NCBI GenBank assembly: GCA_010672185.1
Contig: JAAHHL010000032.1
Coordinates: 5,937-69,936, forward strand
Origin: Caldora sp. SIO3E6
Lineage (GTDB): Bacteria; Cyanobacteriota; Cyanobacteriia; Cyanobacteriales; Coleofasciculaceae
Reading direction: 5' to 3'
DNA: 64,000 nucleotides
The notes under the pieces were generated by a model. The model was not told the origin of the DNA, did not search any database, and worked only from the letters and a program-made list of their open reading frames with translations. Positions within the stretch are counted from its first letter, which is position 1. Each line of letters opens with the position of its first letter. The position numbers and the translations under genes are program-made. Positions 1 to 7,781 of the stretch are shown piece after piece.

Positions 1-78
1 CGCTCAGCATTTGAAGCAGGCGGGGTTTGTATCCATGCAAAGCAAATTACGAAGGGTCAAAGAAACGCGAAGCTGAAG

Positions 79-92
79 ATAAGTAATAAGTA
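79..92. repeat. Tandem heptamer TAAGTAA x2 (same family as the array at 34884-34974)
   Basis: Read directly from the sequence, downstream of the minus-strand ORF 102-527. Confidence 0.5.
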
Positions 93-101
93 AATGGTTT
101 C

Positions 102-527
102 TCATACCGAAGAACCCCTCCGGATGCGATAGTCCACCTCAAGGGTACAGTTATCCCCCAGTATTTTCCTCAACACTGGAGCTAAAGATGATTGAGCAAC
201 AGACTTAATGGTTGCCTTGCAGGATCTGTCGTTGAACACCCCAGTTCCCACATCCCCTGGCTTGATATCGGTAGGCAGCTGGAAGGATTCAAAATCTCCA
301 TCAACTGCTACCACCTTACAACTATAGATTTCCGATAAGTCAGACCCCACCTCAGTCTGCTGTAATCCCCGTTCCGTCCCTTGCTTCTTCATCTTGAAAG
401 TCACTGCAATCTCTTTGCCTGTACTGATTTGATTGCCGAAACGGTCTATTGCCGTTGTGTCGCCAACAGCAGTAAAGGTAAACGTGGCGTGATTCCAGAG
501 ATTGGGGTCAGCAAATGGAGTGGGCAT
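102..527 (-). CDS. Hypothetical protein at the last visible position of the phage head/structural operon
   Basis: 141-aa ORF, same strand and tightly packed with the structural genes. No motif recognised. Confidence 0.5.
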   Translation of the reverse strand: MPTPFADPNLWNHATFTFTAVGDTTAIDRFGNQISTGKEIAVTFKMKKQGTERGLQQTEVGSDLSEIYSCKVVAVDGDFESFQLPTDIKPGDVGTGVFNDRSCKATIKSVAQSSLAPVLRKILGDNCTLEVDYRIRRGSSV

Positions 528-573
528 CTAATTAGGTATTAGGTCTTAGGTGACTTATTATCTGCATCTCTCT

Positions 574-894
574 CTAAGGTTCTCTCAAAAATTCTTCCCT
601 TGTCATCCACTGCTGGGATGTATGGCGGATGTGGTAAATTCTAACTGTTTCACCTTCAACGCCATAGAGAATCCGGTAGTATTTCTTGTAGAGGAGACAT
701 CGAATCTTTTGCCCTACCAATTTCGTTTCCGGCGCAATTGGACAGCGCCTGGGCATAGAAGCAAGAGTCTCAATGGCTTCAAAAAGTCCATTGAACCAGT
801 CAGCAGCTGCTTCAGGGGAATCGTGCCTAATCCACAGATAAAATCCTTCAGCATCCGCGAAGGCTGTGGGAGTAATCCTAACGCGGTATGTCAT
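574..894 (-). CDS. ParE/RelE-family type II toxin
   Basis: 106 aa with an ATG start. ParE-like pattern (YRVRITPTAFADAEGFYLWI ... YRILYGVEGETVRIYHIRH). Overlaps the upstream antitoxin gene by 17 nt. Confidence 0.8.
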   Translation of the reverse strand: MTYRVRITPTAFADAEGFYLWIRHDSPEAAADWFNGLFEAIETLASMPRRCPIAPETKLVGQKIRCLLYKKYYRILYGVEGETVRIYHIRHTSQQWMTREEFLREP

Positions 895-1192
895 ACTTTA
901 ATCGCAATTCCTCTAAAGCTTCCACTGCATCCCGATCTTTCCCTTCTGCTGCCTCCGTTATGCCTTGTTGAATCATCGCAGCTGACCGCGCTAATGCTAA
1001 CTCGTCTAGTAACTCCTGATAGGATACAGCATCCTGCATGATTAGAGCAGCCTTACCATTGACAGTTAGGACAATCGGTTTGTGACTTTGCTGTAACTGT
1101 TCAATAAATTGTCTGGCATTCCGCTGAAAGTCTGAAAGAGGGTAAATCTCCCTTGCATCAAGCATTGACCTTACCTCAACTAAAACATTCAT
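878..1192 (-). CDS. Phd/YefM-family antitoxin
   Basis: 104 aa with an ATG start. The N-terminus (YPLSDFQRNARQFIEQLQQSHKPIVLTVNGKAALIMQD) is typical of Phd/YefM. Lies immediately upstream of, and overlapping, the toxin. Confidence 0.8.
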   Translation of the reverse strand: MNVLVEVRSMLDAREIYPLSDFQRNARQFIEQLQQSHKPIVLTVNGKAALIMQDAVSYQELLDELALARSAAMIQQGITEAAEGKDRDAVEALEELRLKYDIPR

Positions 1193-1249
1193 GAAATTTC
1201 ATGTTATCGCATGGAGTCAAGAAATCCAGGGATTTTTCTGGTTCGACGC

Positions 1250-2041
1250 CTAAAATGTTTCCTTCTCGGCAGTTTGAACAGAGCAAGCATCCTCTCTAGA
1301 ACTCCTGAATTTCACTGTACATTTACAATTTGTCCTACACTCACATTGTTGTGTAGGCAAGATTAACTCAGATAGTGGAACCCATCCTAGAGCTGCATAT
1401 TTAGGGCAGTGGCGGCAATGCTCACCGCTTCCGAGTACCCGTCGAGCCTCCCTCATTCCGTTGGTTTTTGCAATCGCAGATTTAGTTCCCCAAAACGTCA
1501 CCTTCCCCGACTCCGAAAACATTCTGAGGCGGTTGGTTAGCTGTGCAGGAGATACTTTTTCCTGGAGCATATCTATCGCTAAATATTTGATTCCAAATCG
1601 CTCACCGGTTAGGACATCTTTTCCTGAATGATACTGTTGCTTGAGGTTTCTAGCTACTAACAGGAATTTATCAGAAGTTAAATCCTCTTGCTTATCCAAT
1701 GCCTGAATCATCTGGGCAATATGGATATGTTTAAGAGCTAATCCTGCTTTCTGTTGCAGCTCTTTTAAGTCTATTCTCCCTTCGTTGTAATCGTTTCCTA
1801 GTTTGATTAGAGTCTGTTTTTCTTGCAAAAAATAGCGCTCAGCCTGAGTGCGTACCGCTTCCATTGATGCGAAGGCTTTGGAATCGCGGTATCTCCATCG
1901 ACGCGAGCGCACATCGAAGGAAATTTGGGGCAGAGCATCCGAATAGAATGACGAATTTAGAATGTAGAATTTAGAATTATTTTTTTCTTTATTCTTCATC
2001 CTTAATTCTTCATTTTTACATTGATTTTTCATATTTGACAA
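1250..2041 (-). CDS. Phage head-morphogenesis (Mu F / SPP1 gp7-like) protein; start uncertain
   Basis: The C-terminal Cys-rich tail (GEHCRHCPKYAALGWVP...PTQQCECRTNCKC) resembles the Mu-F C-terminus, and the gene lies downstream of the capsid gene. The ORF-track start is TTG, and the first ~30 codons read through a degenerate heptamer array (1953-1978). The real start may be internal, e.g. the Met at 1864. Confidence 0.5.
   Translation of the reverse strand: MSNMKNQCKNEELRMKNKEKNNSKFYILNSSFYSDALPQISFDVRSRRWRYRDSKAFASMEAVRTQAERYFLQEKQTLIKLGNDYNEGRIDLKELQQKAGLALKHIHIAQMIQALDKQEDLTSDKFLLVARNLKQQYHSGKDVLTGERFGIKYLAIDMLQEKVSPAQLTNRLRMFSESGKVTFWGTKSAIAKTNGMREARRVLGSGEHCRHCPKYAALGWVPLSELILPTQQCECRTNCKCTVKFRSSREDACSVQTAEKETF
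1953..1978. repeat. Degenerate tandem heptamer GAATTTA/GAATGTA (~3.7 copies)
   Basis: Read directly from the sequence. Confidence 0.6.
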
Positions 2042-2378
2042 TCAGTGGGATTGCATCCCTCCAACCTGTTGAGGGCTTAGTAATCCCGTACTCAGCCGCT
2101 ATTTTGCTGATAGCTGCATATCCTTGCGATTCGTACAACTGCTCAAGCTCCACAGTACGCCCATAGGAAGTCTCTGGTTCATCCCTGAAGATGATTGCTC
2201 CTTTATCCAAGTAGTATTCTAAGCCATCAAACTGTTTGAGCTTTTGAACCTGAGAATCTGATAGCTCATTCAGCCCCTTCTTCAGTTCAATGCGCCAAAA
2301 ATGTTGCTCCAAATAGCCACTAATGTAATGGTTATTTGACATCTCGCCAATCTTTTTTGGGTCAAATTCTATTATCAT
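2016..2378 (-). CDS. Hypothetical protein (moron-like; flanked by heptamer arrays)
   Basis: 120-aa ORF with an ATG start, same strand as the head genes. No motif recognised. Confidence 0.5.
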   Translation of the reverse strand: MIIEFDPKKIGEMSNNHYISGYLEQHFWRIELKKGLNELSDSQVQKLKQFDGLEYYLDKGAIIFRDEPETSYGRTVELEQLYESQGYAAISKIAAEYGITKPSTGWRDAIPLIVKYEKSM

Positions 2379-2383
2379 TTGGA

Positions 2384-2409
2384 AATTGCTAATTGCTAAT
2401 TGCTAATTG
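2384..2409. repeat. Tandem heptamer AATTGCT (~3.7 copies)
   Basis: Read directly from the sequence; intergenic. Confidence 0.8.
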
Positions 2410-2495
2410 AAAATAGGAGTCAGGAACCAGGAGTCAGGATAGATTGATTTTCATTCATAGTAGTGAAAAAATATTTTATTGGACTGCTTTCTGCC

Positions 2496-2526
2496 TTCTA
2501 AATTCTAAATTCTAAATTCTAAATTC
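2496..2526. repeat. Tandem heptamer TTCTAAA (~4.4 copies)
   Basis: Read directly from the sequence; intergenic, just downstream of the capsid gene. Confidence 0.85.
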
Positions 2527-2534
2527 CCAATTCA

Positions 2535-3467
2535 TCACGCTTTCACCGGGATATCAATATAGCGGCAATCAGTAGGATAATCAAAGATTGCAGGAGTGAT
2601 ACAAGAAAACATCGGGTAAATTCTTCTTAATCCATCTGTCCGAATGTACTCCTCTGGAGCCAGCATTGCCACCTGCTCTTCAATGTGACGATTAATGATA
2701 TCAGATTCCTTAGGATAGAGCATGATGCGGTCTTTCCCAACCCCTGGTCTAGTTATCCCGGAGCTATCTATTTGGGCAGCTTCTAGTTCTTTAACCTTAG
2801 TAATCATCAAATCAGGATAAAGCTGCTCTAACCTTTCCTTCACACTAATAGTTCCTAGGGAATTCTCCAAACTTACTATTAGATGGTGAGGGTCTTTTGG
2901 CAGTAGCAAATCCGTAGGGTAATCGGTGACAAAGTTATCTGTAAGACTCTCGATAACGTCTACGAAAAAATCCAAACACTGCTGATAGGTTGACGTGTAG
3001 ATGTTAAATGCACTGTTATCTGTAGCAACTAGCCCATTGACCAAAAAGCCAGGGAAGTTGAAGTTAGGAACACCTAAGGCTGTGAATTTATTGGTTCGTT
3101 GGGCGATCGCTTTTCTCGCTACCGCCATCCGTCGCTGAAACCGATCTAGATTGAATGCATGATAATGCTGAGCATTGTAAGCCCGTTCTTCCTGCAAACT
3201 CAAGGGGAACCCAGATGCAACCATGTAAATTGGGTATCTATCCTCATCTAGGGAGATATCCACCACTGGAATATTGGTAGCAGCATCAGACACTAAATCT
3301 GCATCCCCAAATTCGTTGATCTTTTCATATGCAATTTCCTTCATGCCTGGAGCAAGATCAACCATTGTCGGAATCAAGTCCCCATTCTCAAAGTACATGG
3401 TTCGGTATCTCGGTTCTAATACCTTCTCCATGCGTTGAGTCAAATCTTCATACAAAAAAGCCGCCAT
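2535..3467 (-). CDS. Putative major capsid protein (DUF2184-like)
   Basis: 310 aa with an ATG start. Position follows portal, scaffold and decoration genes. Size and sequence character fit the capsid family that accompanies DUF2213-type scaffold proteins. The family assignment is from memory only. Confidence 0.6.
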   Translation of the reverse strand: MAAFLYEDLTQRMEKVLEPRYRTMYFENGDLIPTMVDLAPGMKEIAYEKINEFGDADLVSDAATNIPVVDISLDEDRYPIYMVASGFPLSLQEERAYNAQHYHAFNLDRFQRRMAVARKAIAQRTNKFTALGVPNFNFPGFLVNGLVATDNSAFNIYTSTYQQCLDFFVDVIESLTDNFVTDYPTDLLLPKDPHHLIVSLENSLGTISVKERLEQLYPDLMITKVKELEAAQIDSSGITRPGVGKDRIMLYPKESDIINRHIEEQVAMLAPEEYIRTDGLRRIYPMFSCITPAIFDYPTDCRYIDIPVKA

Positions 3468-3480
3468 CAGTCCTCCTGAA

Positions 3481-3505
3481 AATTTAGAATTTAGAATTTA
3501 GAATT
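3481..3505. repeat. Tandem heptamer AATTTAG (~3.6 copies)
   Basis: Read directly from the sequence; intergenic. Confidence 0.85.
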
Positions 3506-3522
3506 GGAGCATTCCCTATTCC

Positions 3523-3555
3523 TCATTACTCATTACTCATTACTCATTACTCATT
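3523..3555. repeat. Tandem heptamer TCATTAC (~4.7 copies)
   Basis: Read directly from the sequence. The same unit recurs at 35119-35134. Confidence 0.85.
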
Positions 3556-3557
3556 CT

Positions 3558-4091
3558 TCATATCATCCTCAATTCCAAAATTCCCACTCCCATCTCTCCA
3601 GCTACTGGAGCAGGTGCAGCTTTCAGGAAAGTAGCATTAGGAATTGCGATCGCATTTGCTGTATCTGCATCCTTTCTAAAGCACCCTGCTATCCCCGTCG
3701 TTCCAGGCGTTGCTGTGTGACGTAGGAATACTGGACTGCCACGGCTCACATCAGAATCAATAAAGACAGCTATCACACCACGTCTGACTATTGAGACTTC
3801 CCGGTCCTTGGGATAGCCAACCCTCCCAGTGGCATCATCCAGGGTATACCCGCTGCGTTTCTCAAACGTATCAGTGCGGTAGGTAATCCCCTCAAACTTC
3901 CCATTAGCATCAGCTGGTAAAATCACCTTCCCCGTCGCACCTTCCCCAGTACCAGCAACCACACCCAAACCAAAAGGGAGGATTACTCCTGTGCCGTTAG
4001 TGAATGTCCAAATCTGAGCATCATCGAGGGAAACCAGTTCCCCTGGTTCATGGGACTTTTCAATAATCAAGTCATAGTTAGTTACTGGCAT
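3558..4091 (-). CDS. Putative head decoration / cement protein (DUF2190-like)
   Basis: 177-aa Gly/Ala/Thr-rich protein encoded between the scaffold-like and capsid genes. Its start overlaps the upstream gene's end by 14 nt. Confidence 0.45.
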   Translation of the reverse strand: MPVTNYDLIIEKSHEPGELVSLDDAQIWTFTNGTGVILPFGLGVVAGTGEGATGKVILPADANGKFEGITYRTDTFEKRSGYTLDDATGRVGYPKDREVSIVRRGVIAVFIDSDVSRGSPVFLRHTATPGTTGIAGCFRKDADTANAIAIPNATFLKAAPAPVAGEMGVGILELRMI

Positions 4092-5241
4092 TGCGTCTGC
4101 TCCTTCGGTATGCTCCTTCGTAATTCGCCACCACTTTAGAGCGGATGGTGCTCACCCCATCTGTTCTCTGCTTAGTTTGGGTGAGGAATCGGTCAGTTTT
4201 TCTTTGGCTACCTCTATCCTTGATGCCCTCCCAAAGACCATCAATGTAGCTATCGCTCTTATCGTCTAGGTTGAGTTTGGGGTCGATGAGTGCGATCGCA
4301 GCGGCTTTAATCTGTGATGGGGTTAGCTTACTATCAATCTCAAGTTTGTCAGACCCAACTACTGGGATAACTTCGTTCCAGGCATCAAACCGCGCCTGGA
4401 CTTGAGTCTCTATATCCTCATCAGTATTAGTTGTGGTATCAGCTGCGTCAAGCCGTCCCTGTAAGGTATCGTTTTCCTTTTCTAGTTCCCCAATCTTCCC
4501 CTCTGCTCCCTCTAAGTCTTTGGTGAGGGTGTCAATTCGAGATTGTAAGGCTGTAATTGCATCCTTCACATCATCAGCCACATCCTTCAAGATGCGCTGG
4601 TCCTTCTCATCTATTTTTACTATCAAATCGCTCACATTACGTTCCTCCTTTTTCTCACTATCGTTGTTAAACAAGAAATACAGAGGCTCTACCACAGCAT
4701 CTCCTGTATCAAATCTGAGTGTTAAGTTTTGTCCTCCTCTACCCTGTCCCGGTAGTAGTGGTGCTGCTACATGGTTGTACTCCTCCCTGATTTGTTCAAA
4801 AATTCCATCTTCTCGCTCTCTCAACTCTTTCAAAAAATAGCCGCTGCTAGCCTCTGGCGTTTTCCCTTCTGCTAGCAAGCGGTCAATGATTTCCACGGCT
4901 CGGTAATCATCAATGATAGCTTCAGCTATTAGCTTGCCATCCTCTCTGCCAATTGTTCCTAATAGATGCCCAACCTTTAACCCGTCGCGGTTTAGATTAA
5001 ATCGACGGCTTTTGGGGTGAGCAAGAAGAATTGGCAGTCCTGCAACAGACTTGACGGAATCGTTAAACAATCCCTCCTCTGTAACAACTTCTACCCGTTT
5101 TTGGGTTATACCACTCTTATCCGGGAAAAGATAAGTAAGAGGAATATCCTTTTGTCCCAAAGTAACGTGCATCCAATATCTGCCGTCGGCTTTCTTTTCC
5201 CACGGCAGAGGGCTGTATTTGTCTAAGCGCAGTAAGTCCAT
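4078..5241 (-). CDS. Putative scaffolding / prohead-processing protein (DUF2213-like N-domain plus coiled-coil C-terminus)
   Basis: 387 aa, immediately downstream of portal. The acidic coiled-coil segment (DEKDQRILKDVADDVKDAITALQSRIDTLTKDLEGAEGKIGELEKENDTLQGRLD) is typical of scaffolds. Confidence 0.55.
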   Translation of the reverse strand: MDLLRLDKYSPLPWEKKADGRYWMHVTLGQKDIPLTYLFPDKSGITQKRVEVVTEEGLFNDSVKSVAGLPILLAHPKSRRFNLNRDGLKVGHLLGTIGREDGKLIAEAIIDDYRAVEIIDRLLAEGKTPEASSGYFLKELREREDGIFEQIREEYNHVAAPLLPGQGRGGQNLTLRFDTGDAVVEPLYFLFNNDSEKKEERNVSDLIVKIDEKDQRILKDVADDVKDAITALQSRIDTLTKDLEGAEGKIGELEKENDTLQGRLDAADTTTNTDEDIETQVQARFDAWNEVIPVVGSDKLEIDSKLTPSQIKAAAIALIDPKLNLDDKSDSYIDGLWEGIKDRGSQRKTDRFLTQTKQRTDGVSTIRSKVVANYEGAYRRSRRNASN

Positions 5242-5253
5242 CCCTTTAAACTA

Positions 5254-7242
5254 TCACAGCTCCATCGCTACTTCTACAAAATCTGCCGCTGTCACCGTTG
5301 CTAGTTCCTCCCACTCTTCATCAGTGAGGATGTCATTGCTATCAGTACGAATTTCCGAGTGCATCACCTCACGTATGCCACCAAAGAATTCAGGAGGCAT
5401 CACCTGCTTGTAAATCGCCTCGGCTTCTTCCTTGGACTCCACACCAATAAAGAGCTTCTCTTCATCGAACTTCCCATCAATATACTGTGCGATTGCAAAT
5501 ATCTTCGGTGAGTTCAACTTAGTCCCCACATACACATCCAATGCCATACCATCAGCACCTTTGGTCTTTTGGATGTGTCCATAGCCAACAGGCAGCATTT
5601 TACCGTGACGTAGCTGGAAAGGAAAGTATTGAAGTCCAATATTAAACCCATTCCACTCAATGATCCGCTGTACCGGAGTAGCATCATCTGACCTAAGCTG
5701 ACGAGCCGACTCTACAGGCTGGTCATGCCCTGCGACTTTCTTGTTCCGTGCTTTGCTAATTGCGCTCGTGCGATCGCTAGCCTCAACCACTGTTGGGGTA
5801 TTTCTTCCTTGGAACCACACCCCCCATAGAGCATCTTCTCTCTTTGAGTCATCCTCACTACTAACATCGTCACTCAAAACAAAGTCCGGGGAAAACTGGG
5901 AACCTTCGTACCCTGAGCGCACTTCTTCTGGGGTAATTGCTCCAATCTCAGTCAGAGTCTTACTTCTGTCAGCTGCTAGCTTCTCGTATTCCATGCGTTC
6001 TGTATCTGTTAGCTGCAAGTCGAAGGGAACTTTGATGTCCCATGATTCGGGAATTTTTCCCTTTGATGGGGAATCTTTGGCAAGAAAAGTATAAATTAGC
6101 AGCTGCCGTAAGTTACTTACCCAGCTGTGAGCATAGTCCTGCACAAGGATTGCCCACTCAGAGCGCATAGCCAACCCTTGATTATTAGTCAGTCCCTGGC
6201 TCCCTATCTCTCCGAATAACTTAAACTTTGGAATACCTGATGCTGCCGCCCAACGATTTTCTAGGGATTCCATAATGTCCTTTGCCCCACCGTAGGAACG
6301 AGTTACACTCCCCGGTTCCTCATTTTCCAAATCGTAGTAGATACCCCTAACCACAGACTTCCCCATATCCAAAGCAAGGGAGCGGTTGATAATTTGCTGC
6401 TGACCTGCTTGAGTTCCTTTCTGTTTGTCTTGTAGGAGTATCTGTCCCAAACCTTTCATACCAAGGGTAAATACATCGTAATCAGCCAACATTGCGCTGC
6501 CAGCTTTGATACCCTGGAGCCAATCAATGTAAGCATCGTACATTGCTTGGATAACGCTCACACCGTCGTCATTCAGTCCTGTTTTCAGGTAGTTCCGTCT
6601 ACTGTAGATTCGATTACCCCAAAATGGCAGAATTCGAGACTTGTGGATTTTTGCCCCATACTGTTGGTCTGATTCTACAGAATACAAACGGTAAAAGTTG
6701 GGTTGGCGAGTCCTGTTATTGCCCCAATCTGGGTAAAGCTCCCAGCAGTCATAAACCTGGAGCCATCTAATAGATTTAATATTATTTTTATCAACGGGTT
6801 CACTAAATTCTTTCCTGTCATCTATACCGATTAAAATATAAGCTTTGCCGAATTGACGGGCTAGGATAGCGGCAATCGGAAAAGCATCATTAGCACCATA
6901 AATATCAGCCTCATCTTCCGATTCTGTTTTGTCCTCCCTGTTTCCTAATTCGGAAATATACTCCATCATTAAATCAGGGAGATTATCACCAGAATTATTG
7001 TTTGCGATCGCAAGGTGGAACCAAGCTTTAGCAGCACATTCAGGATAAAGAAACACAGCCTTCCTGAGCAACTCGTCTCGGTAGGGTAAAGCTTCTAGGG
7101 ATTGCCTAGTGAGTCGTGTTTTACTTGTGTTGATAGTAACATTCTCAGTTTTACTTCGAGATGTCCCAATCCCGGTGTAGGGGTTGCTTAAAGCTGCAAA
7201 AGCTCCAAACAAAGCTTGAGAATCAATTCGCAGTTCACTCAT
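5254..7242 (-). CDS. Portal protein with a ~180-aa C-terminal extension
   Basis: 662 aa, located after TerL plus a small ORF. Resembles the DUF1073-type portal in size and position. For the C-terminal extension, see findings. Confidence 0.7.
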   Translation of the reverse strand: MSELRIDSQALFGAFAALSNPYTGIGTSRSKTENVTINTSKTRLTRQSLEALPYRDELLRKAVFLYPECAAKAWFHLAIANNNSGDNLPDLMMEYISELGNREDKTESEDEADIYGANDAFPIAAILARQFGKAYILIGIDDRKEFSEPVDKNNIKSIRWLQVYDCWELYPDWGNNRTRQPNFYRLYSVESDQQYGAKIHKSRILPFWGNRIYSRRNYLKTGLNDDGVSVIQAMYDAYIDWLQGIKAGSAMLADYDVFTLGMKGLGQILLQDKQKGTQAGQQQIINRSLALDMGKSVVRGIYYDLENEEPGSVTRSYGGAKDIMESLENRWAAASGIPKFKLFGEIGSQGLTNNQGLAMRSEWAILVQDYAHSWVSNLRQLLIYTFLAKDSPSKGKIPESWDIKVPFDLQLTDTERMEYEKLAADRSKTLTEIGAITPEEVRSGYEGSQFSPDFVLSDDVSSEDDSKREDALWGVWFQGRNTPTVVEASDRTSAISKARNKKVAGHDQPVESARQLRSDDATPVQRIIEWNGFNIGLQYFPFQLRHGKMLPVGYGHIQKTKGADGMALDVYVGTKLNSPKIFAIAQYIDGKFDEEKLFIGVESKEEAEAIYKQVMPPEFFGGIREVMHSEIRTDSNDILTDEEWEELATVTAADFVEVAMEL

Positions 7243-7250
7243 AGTTCTAA

Positions 7251-7274
7251 GAATTTAGAATTTAGAATTTAGAA
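7251..7274. repeat. Tandem heptamer GAATTTA (~3.4 copies)
   Basis: Read directly from the sequence, immediately upstream of the portal start. Confidence 0.85.
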
Positions 7275-7298
7275 AAAATCATTCTACATTCACTCGTC

Positions 7299-7703
7299 TC
7301 ATATAACATTAGCTCCTAGCAACCCTACAACAACATTACCTGTTTCGGCTTCACAACCACAGTTAAGCCGCTGCCTAAGAGCATCCACCCCCCAACATTC
7401 ATCAATCGTTAGTCCACAATCTGCTGATTCCTGTAGGGTAAGTAATGAGGTAATTAGTGGGGTAAAATCAGCAGGTTTTAACCACTTTGCCCCATCTCCT
7501 TCTATCAACCCAGAGCGCGATACAGCCCCCCACAGTGGGAGAAAGTAGGCAGCTACTAGATAGGGGCGATAGTTAATAGTCCCGTTGTTATCAGTCCCAG
7601 TTGAAGCAGTCAAAATAGCTGTTATTTCAGCATCCTTGGTGGTGTCGGTTACACCAAGGTTAGACTTTGTGATCGCAAGGGCTGTGTTTAGGTCGGTGAA
7701 CAT
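7299..7703 (-). CDS. Hypothetical protein between terminase and portal
   Basis: 134-aa ORF with an ATG start, co-oriented with its neighbours. Confidence 0.45.
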   Translation of the reverse strand: MFTDLNTALAITKSNLGVTDTTKDAEITAILTASTGTDNNGTINYRPYLVAAYFLPLWGAVSRSGLIEGDGAKWLKPADFTPLITSLLTLQESADCGLTIDECWGVDALRQRLNCGCEAETGNVVVGLLGANVI

Positions 7704-7781
7704 GGTGAGACAAGGGAGGACACTATCTACTAGCGTACAAAAAAAGTTACAGTATTTGGGGATTATTTCCGAAAATGGGAA

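Noticed and set aside
550-1041. 163-aa plus-strand ORF
   Set aside because: It is antisense to the well-supported ParE/Phd pair.
1240-1250. GGTTCGACGCC, a T-arm-like string, as a possible tRNA
   Set aside because: No acceptor, anticodon or D-arm pairing could be built around it. No tRNA was found anywhere in the window by eye.
2384-3555. Short tandem repeats as a possible CRISPR array (also the 138-bp repeats at 47048-48979)
   Set aside because: The heptamers are contiguous with no spacers. The 138-bp units are in-frame coding repeats. No cas genes are present.
3504-3725. 73-aa plus-strand ORF (MEHSLFLITHYSLLITH...)
   Set aside because: Its N-terminus is simply the TCATTAC heptamer array read in frame, and the rest is antisense to the decoration-protein gene.
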